DNA of 64,000 nt, taken from positions 17,918,001-17,982,000 of the forward strand of contig JBHGNT010000016.1 of NCBI GenBank assembly GCA_043228905.1, in the 5' to 3' direction. Below, one piece after another: positions 1 to 13,950 of the stretch. Position numbers and translations under genes: made by a program. Below the pieces are notes generated by a model that worked only from the letters and a program-made list of their open reading frames with translations, was not told the DNA's origin and did no database searches. This DNA comes from Azolla caroliniana. Lineage: Eukaryota; Plantae; Polypodiophyta. Positions within the stretch are counted from its first letter, which is position 1, and each line of letters begins with the position of its first letter.

Positions 1-2776
1 CTGATGCTCCCGTAATCGTTGCAGCACATTGGTGACATGTTGTTTATGTTCCTCAAAAGTCTTACTGAAAATTAACAAATCATCAATGTAAATTATCAAA
101 AATTTATCCAAATAATCCCTAAAAATTTCATTTCCGAGCCTACAGAATGTTCCGGGTGCTCCTGTCAAACCGAAACTCATCACCAGCCATTCAAAACTGC
201 CATATCTCGTCCTAAATGTTGTCTTCTCAATATCCTCCGTAGCTACGCGGATTTGATGATACCCTGATCTGAGATCTATGCGAGAGAAATAACGGGCTCC
301 TTGTAGTTGATCCAAGAGGTCGGAAATCAAAGGTAATGGGTATTTATTTTTTATGGTGATTTTGTTGAGAGACCTGTAATCCATGCACATGCGCAATGTC
401 CCATCCTTCTTTGCCACAAAAATGACGGGCGCACCGTAAGGTGATTGGCTTGGTCTGATGAACCCACATGCTTCTAATTCTTGTAATTGTTGTTTTAGCT
501 CTGCTAATTGAGTAGCATTCATTCGGTAAGGAGCTTTTACAGGTGGTATGCTTCCGGGAATGGTTGGGATTTTATGATCGATTGACCTTTGTGGCGGAAG
601 AGTTTTGGGTAGCTCCGCTGTTAAGACATCCTTGTATTGCTCTAATATTTCCTTCATATTTTCTACCCTTAGTTCTTCCTTCCTCACTGTTGTTGATGCT
701 TGCAGGGCCGTGCAAAGAAAGAGTTGGCCGCCCTTCTTTAAGACTCGATTTGCCACCTTTCCCGTGCAAAGTTTTGCGGTCACGGTTGTCGCCTTTGCCT
801 TTGCATTTCTCCTATGCATGTTTACAATGATGCCTCCCTTCCCATCTTCATTATCTAGTAACACCTTATCTACCTTTTTCCCGAATTGGTTGATGACGTA
901 CTTATCCACCCATTCTAGCCCTAAGATCACCTCGCACCCATCCATGTCAACCGCTAGAAAAGGTGTTCGCCCCTTCCATTCTCCCGCTTCAATCAAGACA
1001 TTGGCTGCTAATGAACACTTATTAGTGTATCCCTGTACAAAACTCACAGAGAGGTTGGTTAAAGGTTGCAATTTTAATCCCCACTTCTTCGCGCATTCAG
1101 GTGTTATGAAGTTGTGTGTTGCACCGTTGTCTACCATTGCCTCACAACTATGCCCATTAATTTTTACGTTGAGAAAGAGATTACTTGTGTTATTGAGTTT
1201 GACTGTGAGACAGGTAGGCCAGGCGGTGGCGGCTCCTGCACGTACAGCGACTTCTTCATCTTCTTCCTCATATTGCGCTGCTATTGCTTGTATGTCTTGC
1301 TCGGAACCTTCCTCGAGCTCTGTTAACTCGAGTTGTGAGGTGGCTGCCCGCACCGTGAGTTGCTTCTTTTTTGGACAATTGGATGCCAAGTGAGGGCCTC
1401 CACACTCAAAACAGCCTCTTCTAATTAGTGGGGTTCGTTGTGTTGAAGTAGAAATGGGACTCCCCGGCTGTCCTCCTCCTCCCCCACTATTTGTCCAGCT
1501 CGATCTAATTGGATCCCCTCGTGTTGTTCCTCTTCCTATCGAACTAGTGGTAGTCGTCCACCCCCGATTGTTGGATGTACTTCCTAGATTGTTGTGGAAA
1601 GGTCGGGAGCTCCCTTCTATGTCTCCTATCCTCTCTGCCACCCTCATGGCTTCCTCACAAGTTTGAGGGTTCATCTTTTCTACCTCTATCCTGATCCGAG
1701 GCTTCAATCCAACTAGGAACCCGTGGAGTTTGATTATTTGATGAAGATGCGGCAGCTGCAATGTCACTTGGCGATACCTCTCAATGTACATGGTGAGTTG
1801 CCCTTCCCCTTGTCTCAACATCCTCCATTCATCCATGATGCGGAGATGTTCATTTTGTGGTATGAAATAATGACGCAATTCCCGCTTAAACTCTGTCCAA
1901 GGCGTGAACTCAAACACGCTTTCCCCCGACATGTACCAATTTTGTGCTGGTCCATCCAAAAAACACGCGGAGACCATCACCCACAAGTCGGGTTCTACTT
2001 GACTTTGGACGAGGAATAGTTCGGTTTCTCTTATCCATCTTGTAAGTACCACCGAGTTCCTCTCCCCCATGTACATTTTTGGTTTGATAGGTTTAAATGA
2101 TCCCAAGTTGTGGCGGCGGTTCTCGGCATTCCCGACTTCCAGCCTCTGCACCATCTCCTCCAAACGCCCTGGTCCTCCTTCCGTGGGCCTTCTCCCTTGC
2201 GGCCCCGATTCCTCTTCTTCTCTCTCCCATCTTTGATCTTCCATATTGAACCTTCCATTCTCTAATTCGGTGGCCTCTTGGTCTCCTCGATCTAGGGCTA
2301 TCTCCCCTAATGGAGTGTCTCCTTCGTTCCCTAGCTCTCCCAAGTTGATCCCTCTTCTTCGCCTTCTTCCCGCCATTGGTTAGATAAAAGAGAGAGAAAA
2401 AAAAAAAATAGTCTACTATCTTTGTGGTTACCTTGACTCCTCTCGTGGTGTCGTGTGCCACTTCTTCAATCTCTTCTTGCTGGACTGGCTTGCCAATCCT
2501 TATCTTGCTCTGATACCAAGTATTAAACCAATGGCACAAAATGAGAGAGAACACTCTTTGTATTCAATAGAAATAAAAAAAGGTAAGTGCGAATTACTAA
2601 CTAATGACTTGGTCCTTCCCCATTGGGAACCCCCCCCCCCCTTTCAAAATCACAACTACTTCTTTAAATAGAAACTTATTGGGAGCCCAAACGTTCATGA
2701 GATGAAACGTTTGTGCTTCCAAGATTTATTTAAATATTCTACTATTTTCTTTTATGTAATTGTAACGGTTGTAACA
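1..2776 (-). mobile_element. Ty3/gypsy LTR retrotransposon (chromovirus-like), 5' half, decayed; runs off the left window edge
   Basis: Minus-strand translation gives RT motifs ([24 protein letters not shown]...YIDDLLIF, ~60-540), a protease motif ([11 protein letters not shown], ~1105-1140) and a CCHC knuckle ([13 protein letters not shown], ~1375-1415). tRNA-Met PBS TGGTATCAGAGC at 2507-2518 (minus). Putative 5' LTR ~2521-2776, ending ...GTAACA on plus. Confidence 0.9.
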
Positions 2777-2857
2777 GTAAGTATGAAGATTTGTATATAT
2801 ATAGTATGTAATCTTAGGTATTAATATGTATCTGTATGTGTATATATATATAATATA

Positions 2858-3170
2858 GGGAAAAGTACCAGGATACCCCTAGAAGTTCGTCTATTTACCA
2901 GAATGCCCCTAGAAGTTCCAAATTTACCAAACTACCCCTATGTCCAAAAAATTACACTTTATAAAGTAATTATACGCTCAAATCTTTGATACATAGGGCT
3001 AGTTCGGGTCCATTTCTTCCATCTTTGGTAAATAGGGCTTGTACATTTGAGTGTATAATTACTTTATAAAGTGTAATTTTTTGGACATAGGGGTAGTTTG
3101 GTAAATTTGGAACTTCCAAGGGCATTTTGGTAAATAGATGAACTTCCAAGGGTATCCTGGTACTTTTCCT
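2858..3170. mobile_element. Mutator-like (MULE) MITE, 313 bp
   Basis: ~125-bp terminal inverted repeats (GGGAAAAGTACCAGGATACCC... / ...GGGTATCCTGGTACTTTTCCT) with a 9-bp TSD TATAATATA at 2849-2857 and 3171-3179. Confidence 0.88.
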
Positions 3171-3179
3171 TATAATATA

Positions 3180-3844
3180 AAGGCCATTTATTTTTGTGTG
3201 TTTATATATATGTAATATGTAATTTTATTGTATGTATTATGTATATATGTATGTCAATATATATGGTTGATTCTAATTCGTATGCAATATGTAATGCATG
3301 CATGTATGTGTATGTACATATTTACATATGGTAATATATATTTGTACATATATTTATGTTTAGTCAATATGCAAGTATAAATGAGTGTAATGTATGTATA
3401 TACATATTCATGGATATAGGTATATATGCACGTGTGATGTGTGATATATGAATGTAGGTATATATGCATGTATATGATATGCATGTGTGATGTGTGTGTA
3501 TGTATGTACATATTGTATTGTATTGTATGTATGGAATGTGTGTATACGTGTATGTATGTGTGTACACTGTATATATAATATGTAATTTATTTTTTTGTGT
3601 TTGGTTTGTATATAATTGTGTGTATAATAAACATATGTGTGTAATATGTAATATATAAAATATGTTGTAAGGATGTGTATGTATACATACATGTAATATG
3701 TAATTTTTATGTATGTATTATGTATATATGTATGTCAATATATATGGCCGATTCTAATATGTATGTAGTATGTAATGCATGTATGTACATATTTACATAT
3801 AATAATATATATTTGTACATATATTTATGTTTAGTCAGCATGCA
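3180..3844. repeat. TA/TG-rich low-complexity tract with a ~150-bp internal direct duplication
   Basis: Degenerate (TATG)n/(TA)n. Segment ~3210-3372 recurs at ~3692-3844. Confidence 0.8.
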
Positions 3845-3944
3845 NNNNNNNNNNNNNNNNNNNNNNNNNNNNNNNNNNNNNNNNNNNNNNNNNNNNNNNN
3901 NNNNNNNNNNNNNNNNNNNNNNNNNNNNNNNNNNNNNNNNNNNN
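3845..3944. other. Assembly gap (100 N)
   Basis: Run of exactly 100 N, probably a scaffold join of unknown true size. Confidence 0.99.
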
Positions 3945-4727
3945 ACTGATGAATTAAAACCCCTTTTGATGAACTCACGTGCTATCATACAAGTTTTGAC
4001 AGTGAAGCCCCCGGGTGTGCTAACACCTTTTCCCCGATCCGGTTTTGGATGTAGACAACCGTCCGAACCGTGTTGGCCCAAAAGAACTTGGGCATGCTCT
4101 TCTCTTCCAACATCGGCCGTGCCACCTCCACAATCGACCGGTTCTTCCTTTTGGCCACACCGTTTTGTTCCGGTGTATATCGACAACTGAATTCCCTCCA
4201 AAATCCTTTCTACTACAGATATCTATTGAATTGGCCGGAAAAGTACTCTTTTCCGTCATCCGATCGCAGGCACTTGATCTTCCTCTTTGTTTCCCGTTCA
4301 ACAAGACTCTGTAGGTTCCAGAAACAATTGAAGAACTCGCTTTTCTTCTCGATGAGGTAGATCCACGTGTGCCGGCTATAGTCGTCGATGAAGGTGACGA
4401 AAATATCGACTCCCGACAAGACTAACATTTTCTGCCAGTCCCCATACATCCGAATGTAGTAAGTCAAGCTTGTTATGGCTCCCGAGCTTGTTTCTTTCAA
4501 TGGGGAACGGAAGACAGTGTTGCTTCCCGAGCTGGTACGCTTTACAAATTCGGGCCTTCCCGCCACTAAATTTTGGCAGTCCGAACACAACCTGTTTCGT
4601 CTGCAGATCTTGAAGCCTCTAATAATTGACGTGGCCGATTTGCTTGTGTCACATGTCGAAATCTGACTCGACCTTTTGTCCCTTTGCAAATAAAATAGTA
4701 CCGACGTCATTGGTGTCGAGGATTAAC

Positions 4728-5365
4728 TGTTAGAAATATTGAGAATCGATTAGATAGGTATATAGAGTTACAACTACAGAGATGGGATATATGAAAACAA
4801 AACTTCTATTACATATGAGAGTAGCTCACAATGGTAGTTTTCCCAGGCACTCACACCTTAGAGCTTAGATAGGATATGGACCAACTCACTACAAAATTAG
4901 TGGGGACTAATAATCAAGCCAACCACTGTGAAAAGAAGTGGATTGCTTTCTATGTTTGGTCTAAGTGTAACATTAAATGTGCAAGTTAGTTGATAGTAGT
5001 GGAGATATTCCTTTTCTGTCAACTGACTTGCCATTTAATATGACCAACTCCCTAGGTACAGGCTAGTGCTAGATAGTACCTATCTTGAAGTCAATGACGC
5101 ATACTTCAAGACTAAGTACATCATAACTTGCCCACAAAATATTCTAGTTGACTTGATTAGCCAATCCTATTACCTATTTCTCTCTTTCCTAAATACATTG
5201 TGTCCTATGCATCTACGGTTTCCTAGATTAACACCTTATCGACCCATATGGTTGAGTTGCACACTAGCCGCTCCTCATTTGGGGCACTATCACAAAATGT
5301 GCACTCTAAGAGCACATATGGGGATAGATTTACAACTTGGGGCTGATCATTGATTATATATAACA
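4728..5365 (-). repeat. 3' LTR of copia element B (638 bp)
   Basis: TGTTAG...TAACA, direct repeat of 9549-10187. Confidence 0.97.
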
Positions 5366-8300
5366 CGCCCCCTCAATGATCAACCCATTGAGTTCACTTG
5401 GAATTGGGCCAACTCCTAGTTGTCGAAGGTGTTGTTGTAACTGTTCTGCTCCAAGCACCTTTGTGAAGATATCCGCAGCATTTTCTGATGTCAGACAATA
5501 CTCAAGCTCCACAGTCTCGTCATTTATTAGCTCCCGCACATAGTGATATTGAATCTCTATGTGTTTAGTACATGCATGAAATACGGGGTTCTTGGCAATG
5601 GCCATGCAACTCTGATTGTCACACCTCAATACCGTTGTCGTTCTTATTGGAAATGCCGCATCCGTAAGGATTCTTCTTAGCCAAACTACCTCGCATGCCA
5701 CTATGCATGTTGCTTTGTATTTTGCCTCCGTTGAAGATAGTGCCACTGTTGGTTGTTTTTTACTACTCAATGAAACAGCTCCAGAACCCATTGAAAAACA
5801 ATATCTAGAAACTGATTTTCTGGAATCACTATCTCCAGCCCAATCGGAGTCGCAATATCCACTAAGTTCGTCAATTGTTGGCTTGTAGAGGATTTCGTAA
5901 TTTAAAGTACCCACAATGTACTTTAATACACGAAGAGCAGTTTTCCAATGAGTCTCCTTCGACTTGTTGCTGAATCGACTCACCACACTGACTGCAAAAC
6001 AAATATCTGGCCTAGTGTTGCATAGGAAGATTAGACTTCCTACTAGCTGTCTATACTTCCTTATGTCAACCATTGGTGATGGGTCTTCTTGGGATAGTTT
6101 GTAGTTTGACTCCATTGGAGTTGACTTCGACTTGCTGTCCATCATCCCAAAGGTCTTCAAGATCTCTGTTGCATACTTTCTTTATGACATGAAGATGCCA
6201 ACTGAAGTTTGCCAAACCTCAATTCCAAGGAAGTAGTGTAGAATCCCCAAGTCTGTCATTTCAAACTCAGTTTTCAAACACTCTTGTGTTTGGCCAATGC
6301 ACTCTTCATGGTCACCAATAAGAAGTAGGTCATCCACGTAAATGATGATGATGACTTGTTTCCCGTCCTTCATTTTCACATACATACTTGCATCCGAAGC
6401 ACATTGCTTAAAGTCGACTGATCGTAAGAAGCTGCCTATCCTCTTGTTCCAAGCTCTTGGTGCTTGCTTTTGACCATACAACGCCTTCTTCAGCTTGCAT
6501 ACTTTGTTTTCTGAATTCGGCATCTCAAACCTTGGTGGTTGCATCACGTATACCTCCTCCTTGAGATGCCCATTCAGAAATGCCGATTTGACATCCATTT
6601 GGTAAATCGGCCATCCACTTGAAGCGGCCAACTCTATGACCATTCAAATTGTTGTCATGCGAGCTGTCGAGGCAAATGTTTCTTGTACATCGAACCCTTC
6701 AATTTGGGAGTATCCTTGGGCTACTAGCCTGGCCTTGAATTTCTCCAAAGAACCATAAGCTTTATACTTTACTTTCCACACCCACTTCGTGCCTATCACC
6801 TTCTTCTTTGTTGGCCTCTCTACGAACTCCCATGTGTCATTTTTCATGATGCTATCATATTCTGATATCATCGCCTCTTTCCACTTCGGGTTGGCCATGG
6901 CTTCCTCCACCGAGGTCGGCTCACTCACTAAGCCGATGATGTCCACCATCAGAGCCATGTTGACAATGTGGTCAGAGGTTCTCCCTTGCTTCTGTATTCT
7001 TTTTTATCTTCGTAATCCATCAGTTGAAGTTTTAGGAAACTCAACTTTAGGAGTATGGTCATTAAAGAGTTGTTGAGCCCACTTAGGTATTTTCTTTACA
7101 TGTGGGACTGGCATAGGTTGCACTAGTGAGCCATTACCATCAGATGATTCAACTTCCTTTTTTGGACAATGGGTTGGGATTGGGTAAAATACCTCTTCAG
7201 TTGATGAGATAACTTGAGAATCAATGTTCTCAGCTAGCTATGGTTGTTCTTCATCAAACACCACATCACGGCTTGTCAATATCTTTCTTGCCTCTGGATC
7301 GTAGAGTCGATAGGCCTTTGACTCTTCACTATATCCGAGAAAGATACACTTCTTGCTTTTAGCATCCAACTTCTTTCTGCTCACATCTGGAACATGTGTG
7401 TAGCACGTACACCCAAAGGTTCTGAAGTGCAACACTGAAGGTTTCTTGCCTGAATAAGCTTCGTGGGGTGTTTTCCCTTGAAGTGCCTTCGTGTAGCTCC
7501 GATTGAGGATGTAAATTGTTGTATTCATTGCTTCAGCCTAGAATGGGTCATGCAACGCTTGTGCCTTCAACATACACCTAGCCATCTTCACAACTGTTCA
7601 ATTTTGACGTTCGACAACACCATTTTGTTGTGGGGTGTAGGCAGTTGTAAGTTGGCGCTTAATTCCATGCTCTTTGCAATACTCACAAAATTCTATTGAT
7701 AAGAATTCTCCACCTCGATCAGAGCGTAACTCCTTCATTACCTTTCCGGACTCTCGCTCAACAAACTTATGCCATCTTTTGAAGATTTTAAAAGCTTCAG
7801 CCTTCTCCTGAAGGAAGTAAACCCACATCTTTCTACTGAAGTCGTCGACTAACAGCACATAGTAGAGAGATCCACCCATAGCAAGAGTCACCATTTTTCC
7901 AGAGAGGTCGATGTGTATTAGCTATAGAGGAGTCTTTGTCTGATTTTGACTCTCTTTTGGAATAGCTAATCTTTGATGCTTGCCCATCATACAAGCATCA
8001 CAAACATGACTTAAGTCAGATAGGGTTGGCAACCCAACTACCATATTCGACTTCTTCATCTCCTTCAACACAGCAACATTGAGATGCCCAAATCTCTCAT
8101 GCCATTGCTTTGTGTTAGTACTTGTGATGTGGTTAGTAGAAATGGTAAGTGCGCTCAGCTCATAGAGATTGTTGCGCCTTACCCCTATTCCTACAACCTT
8201 GCTGGCAGAATCTGTTATTTCTACCCCCGACTTCTTGAATCGAACATCAAGACCCTTGTCGGTCAGTGCAGAAATGGACAATAGATTCTTCTTGAGATCT

Positions 8301-9445
8301 GGCACGTACAACACTTGAGAGAGATGCTTTGTCCCGCCGGTCGTTGCTTTGAGGGAGACAGTTCCAGTTCCTTTGGCTGGACATCAAGCATTGTTCCTGA
8401 CCACAACATTGATGGGCTCTTGTAGAGGTGTCCAAGATCTATACCAATCACGATTACTAGTCATATGTCGGGACGTTCCACTATCGAGAATCCAAGAGTC
8501 GTCGACAACTTGGGTGTCAACTAAAGAACACACTTCTTCAGTTGCGACCCATAACTCAAGCTCATCTACGATGTTGTTGGCGGACTCGAGCTCTCTGCAA
8601 GAGGTCTTACTAGAACCATTCTTCTCATCCGCCATCTTCTTCCGACAATCCTTGATTGTGTGACCCTTCTTGTCACAATAGAAACACGATCCATTGAACT
8701 TCTTCTTTGGTATCCTATTCACATTGTTTGAATTGGATGCCCCTTTACCCTTAGTCCTAGAGACAAATGCCGAATCTTCCCTTCCTTCTCTTGTCTTCAG
8801 CCGAAGCTCCTCTTCAAGCAGCATCGCACTTAGTTCATCAAATTTTAAAGGAGTGGGTCGAACCTGAGTGTTCAATGTTGTCACAATGCCATCATACTTG
8901 AAAGGAAGTACTCGAATGCATCGACGAGCCATATCCTCTTCAGAGACGACTACTCCAACAACCGCCAGCTGATCTTGAAGATCCTTAATCCTTTTTACAA
9001 AGGATTCTACTTTCTCTCCATTGGCGAGCTTCTCTGCAACAAGCTGATTTTCAAGGTTTTGTATCCTTGTATAGTTTCTGGTCTCATACTGGCTAGCCAA
9101 TATGCTCCAAGCTTCATGTGCCTTGGTTGTATGTTGCACTAATGTTAGTACAGAGTCACATACACCAGTGACTCTGCGCATCAACATTCCTTCTCTTCCA
9201 GGCTCGAAGTAGATCAGCATTTGGAGGGATTGATGTGGTAGGGTGTGCAGGGTCAAAGGTCATCATGGGCTTAGGGTCTCCTCCTGTGGGTCCCATGATT
9301 GTCTCCAACAACTCATAGGAGTCCAAAATGGCAGACATTTTGAACTTCCATAGAGTGTAGTTGGTTCCATCTAGCATTCCATCAGACAATGGAGGTGGGC
9401 GAATGCGCAGTGGAGCAGCTGCAACATTCGTGGACAAGGCCATTG

Positions 9446-9478
<33 letters not shown>

Positions 9479-9548
9479 TTCTCTGTGCTGCCAAACAGCA
9501 ACTGCCTGTATATACCTAATCTAGATCAACCTCTCATCTCTGATACCA

Positions 9549-10187
9549 TGTTAGAAATATTGAGAATCGATTAGATAGGTATATAGAGTTACAACTACAG
9601 AGATGGGATATATGAAAACAAAACTTCTATTACATATGAGAGTAGCTCACAATGGTAGTTTTCCCAGGCACTCACACCTTAGAGCTTAGATAGGATATGG
9701 ACCAACTCACTACAAAATTAGTGGGGACTGATAATCAAGCCAACCACTGTGAAAAGAAAGTGGATTGCTTTCTATGTTTGGTCTAAGTGTAACATTAAAT
9801 GTGCAAGTCAGTTGATAGTAGTGGAGATATTCCTTTTCTGTCAACTGACTTGCCATTTAATATGACCAACTCCCTAGGTACAGGCTAGTGCTAGATAGTA
9901 CCTATCTTGAAGTCAATGACGCATACTTCAAGACTAAGTACATCATAACTTGCCCACAAAATATTCTAGTTGACTTGATTAGCCAATCCTATTACCTATT
10001 TCTCTCTTTCCTAAATACATTGTGTCCTATGCATCTACGGTTTCCTAGATTAACACCTTATCGACCCATATGGTTGAGTTGCACACTAGCCGCTCCTCAT
10101 TTGGGGCACTATCACAAAATGTGCACTCTAAGAGCACATATGGGGATAGATTTACAACTTGGGGCTGATCATTGATTATATCTAACA
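9549..10187 (-). repeat. 5' LTR of copia element B (639 bp)
   Basis: By eye it differs from the other LTR by 3 substitutions and 1 indel. Adjacent to the PBS. Confidence 0.97.
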
Positions 10188-13100
10188 TAAACATCCTCCC
10201 CTCCCGATGCCCTTATGCAATTATTTGGCCCTCTTCCTCGATGAAGCACCTGAGATGTGTAAAACGGACTTGCATCCCCCTAGTCAACGATTTGTCCGAC
10301 CGACACTAGGTTCTTCGTGATAGTCGGAACATGTAGTACGTTCATTAGCTTTCTCTTTTGTCCGACATGGCTTAAAGGGACTTCTCCGACACGCTCGATC
10401 GGGTGAGGAGTCTTCGGTTTTGACAACTCCTAGTTGCTTCGGTTTCTCCAGATATGAGAACCACTCTTCATGGATCGTCATGTGGTTTGATGCTCCAGAG
10501 TCAACGTACCACACTTCCTCCAATCCGGAAGTGGTCTTCTGCATCGAGTTCGCCTTGTGCTTCATCATAAAGGCTGGCCCTTTTCCAGTCTTTCCGGTTC
10601 CAGACCCTTTCGAACCTTTTGCGTAGTGTGAGCTTTTCTGGTTCCCTTGTCTAACCTTGCTGGATCCGGATTTATCCGAATCGGTGCGCTTCTTCGAGCA
10701 CTCACTTTCCTGGTGGCCTTTCTTGCCACAGTACCAACATTTAGTGTCAGCTTTTCCTTGCCGGTTTCCAGCGCCGCTTTGACTCTCCCTGCTTGTGGAG
10801 CGTCTGGAACTACTCTCTGCACTATCTCTATGCCTCCGATTCTACTCTTGTCGGCCGCTACTATTGTGTGCCGACCCACCTCGTCCTCCACGCCCACTGG
10901 GCCAATCCGCCTCTGTGTACAACATCCGGCTCTCCGGTTGATTGGTCCTCGACCCACTCGCGTGGTTTTCTTCGACCATCAGCATCAATTGTTGTTTATT
11001 GTCAACTACCTTGTCTATGTCAAAACTCGCGTCGGTTGGAGAGGATTAGACTTAACCATTGCACCCAGATACCATGTAAAGGATGCGGAAGTTAATAGAC
11101 ATAGTTAGCTCACCGACCAACACATGAAAACAGAAAACAATAAACAAAGTTGGAGATGGAGACAAGCATAGGTTATGCATACAAAGAAACGGAAAAAAGA
11201 GACCGAGAGAGTTCCAAAACACCGAAGAAAATCTATTGCAAAATTGGTCCGCACTCCTACAGTACGAGCACAGAGCATCTTTTTATACAAAGCCCTTATT
11301 CCTCTCATAAGGTAGTGGGTTGACACAAGTACATTTAGCTTATTCATGAGCTTTGACATCTAGCCAACTTATATTATTCCTATGATACGTATAGTGAACT
11401 AATAGTAGGTGATCTAGGTTTTGTCAGGCTTTTCGCCCTTTCAGCCCTTCGAACTTTCAGTCATTCGGCCTTGGTTGAGCTTGACATCCCAACAATCTTC
11501 ATATTAGCATGACAAGATTTTTGGTGTGGTAGCTTGGAGATTCATTTCAATTGATTTAGCTCCAAAATTGCATAACTTTTCACCTTGAGCTCGGATTTCA
11601 TAGCCAAAAAGTTTGAGGCATTCCTCGTTCAATCTTAAACAAGTTTAGATAGAAGATTTACAAGAAATAATTGCATATATAGATCAAAGTCACATATTAA
11701 ATTAAAGTTCATGAACTGAATAGATACAACAAGTTAAGATTTGACTTTGTTACATGGAATGACTTGTTGGTTAGTTAAGTTTTGTATATAGAGCTTCATG
11801 GTGAGATCCTTGAGTTTTGGTGGTGCAACATCCAAACAAATGACAACCATATTGCGTCTTGTCGTTGTTGGTCTTACACACCCTCTTGATTCACAACCTC
11901 AAGCCTATTCGAAATTCTGGAAATGCTTCCACCTTGATCGAAATATCCCCCCCCCCCCCCCCATGATAATGAGCTCTCCTCTTCCTTTTATAGGCCTCAA
12001 TAGCCCTTCATGCAAATAAACTTAATATTTCTTTTTTGGCGTGCACCTTATCTTATCTTCCTTGGGTGCTTGGTGTGAACAAAATCCAGATCACCATGTC
12101 AATCCATTCACATTCCTCTTGGTCATCCCATTGCCATCTACTAGTTGATCTCTTGTAATCTAGAAAAGACTCAATCCCTTGACCTTTTCGTTCATAAAGG
12201 AAACTCTTGCTAATCGAGGTATGTTTTTCTAGTAATCCTCATCTTGGTTTGTGTCCTTCTTGACGTACATTTGCTCTATCCTTCCATCTTATATATATAT
12301 ATATATATATATCTTAAGTTTGATGTATTTCCACTCGGGTGCTTGCTACATCACAACAACGCTCCCCTTTTACTATTCATGAGCTCAAATGATTTGTTCG
12401 AATGCTTTGGACCTTTGAGGGTTGAGCTCATGTGTCCAACACATGAGTTAGGCAATCAACCCTCGCACTCTTGAATTGAATCATTTTCTTTTTGTGTCTT
12501 GTTCTTGTTGATGTGTAAGCTCATGTGTTCAACACACAACTCACACAATCAACCCTCGTGGATTGAGTTCCCACACCCTCTTGAATTATGGTCCTTCGTC
12601 ATGGCTTGTTTTTGCCAAGTGCTACAACAGAACCAACTATTTGATGTGACAATCACACACCTTAGAATATTCAACATGTGACACAAATACTTTACACTTG
12701 TATTCCCATCGTCAATTATTTGCACAATTCACACCTTTAACACTCTTTCTAGTCCCTGAAAGCATGACTATTGGCCGATCAGTTCGACACCAAGGTCCTC
12801 AAGACTAAGTGTCGTGGATGACTCCCACTATTTGAAAATTTTCGTCCTCTTGGAAATTCTGAGTGTCAATTTGAAAATTTCATCATGATTCTTGCAAAAT
12901 TTCTAAAACTCTCACATAGAACATTTCCTCCTTTGAATTTACATGATTTCACACGTAGATTGACGTTCCATGATCCAATTCTCAATAGGTCGTGAACCCG
13001 AGAACTTTGAGACAGATTAAATCATTTCTACCTAACCAAAACAATCCTTCAATAATAATTTATTTATTTATTGACATATGAAGTAGTTATTTTAGTGATA

Positions 13101-13267
13101 GTCAAATTCCTTCAAAGACGAATGGTATCGAGTTCTAAACTCTCTTAATGTATTTATATTAAAATAGATAACTTATTCATTGTGGAGGTGGTTTCCCATC
13201 GTGTGCCATTGAAAACAAGACGACATCACCTTTTGTTGTGGTGAGCCGCATATGCATCACAATAAAT

Positions 13268-13950
13268 CATAGATTGACATATTCACATTCGTGGGCTTCC
13301 CCATTCGAATACAAACGAATATGCAGACGAATGCATGGTCGAGTATTCGTTTAACCCAAAAACAAAAAAAAGAGAGTCCAAGAAGTCCCTCCTTTTTTAG
13401 TTTACTAGGATAAAAAAAAGGGACTTGACAATAAAAGAGGGACTATAAAAAGGGCCATTAAAAGAGGGACTTGACACTAATAAAATTTTATAATAAATAT
13501 AAAAGTATTCGTTTTATTTTTAATAAATAAATAAAATAAAATAAAGGTTCATTAATTCCTACCTTTTTATTCTCTCAAAAATTATGAATATTTTTATTTT
13601 GACATTAAAAATTGGACTTCACACTAATCATATTTCTATAATAAATAAACAAATATTTGTTTTAAAAAAAAATTAATTAAAATAAAGGCTCATAAACTTC
13701 CCCATTTTTTATTTGACATTATAAAGGAGAGTTAATACTAATCATATGTTTATAATCTATTGATGATGACTGTTCTTTTTTTAGTGAATTAAATTTATTT
13801 AAATAAAAAAAATGAATGAATTAATATTTTATATATTTATTTTGTAAAACGAATGGTTTTATAATATTCTTGGGGCCATTTCCTATTCACGAATATCACG
13901 AATATCACACATGGAGAATATGACGAATATCACGCATGTGTCAATCTACG
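13268..13950. mobile_element. Non-autonomous hAT-like DNA transposon (MITE)
   Basis: Imperfect TIR CATAGATTGACATAT / ATGTGTCAATCTACG. Near-identical flanks ACAATAAAT / ACAATAAT. Subterminal CACGAATAT/CGAAT repeats and an AT-rich core. Confidence 0.65.

Larger units (their letters stand above)
4728..10187 (-). mobile_element. Ty1/copia element B, full length with two LTRs; gag-PR-INT-RT-RH broken by stops and a frameshift
   Basis: LTRs 4728-5365 and 9549-10187. TSD TTAAC/TAAAC. PBS TGGTATCAGAG 9538-9548; PPT TTGAGGGGGCG next to 5366. ORF fragments carry LDGTNYTLW, CFYCDKKGHTIKDC, WILDSGTSRHM, LRSDRGGEF, YVDDLL and YCDSDWAG. Confidence 0.97.
3945..11494 (-). mobile_element. Ty1/copia element A (decayed host, interrupted by element B; 3' part lost in the gap)
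   Basis: Integrase motifs at 3945-4727 (VTFIDDYSRHTWIY, LRSDDGKEY). Protease WYVDSGASNHMT at ~10480-10515 and gag remnant to ~11000. Degenerate PBS TGGTATCTGGG at 11064-11074. Putative LTR 11075-11494 (TGT...AACA). Confidence 0.82.

Noticed and set aside
605-1393. 262-aa plus-strand ORF and other antisense ORFs over retroelement genes
   Set aside because: Shadow frames of minus-strand gag-pol with no independent coding features.
5066-5353. Identical 95-aa ORFs at 5066-5353 and 9888-10175
   Set aside because: Both lie within the two LTRs of element B; the identity reflects LTR duplication, and there is no ATG start or protein signature.
11495-13000. Region with the texture of a very old retroelement
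   Set aside because: No translatable diagnostic motif or boundaries could be supported.
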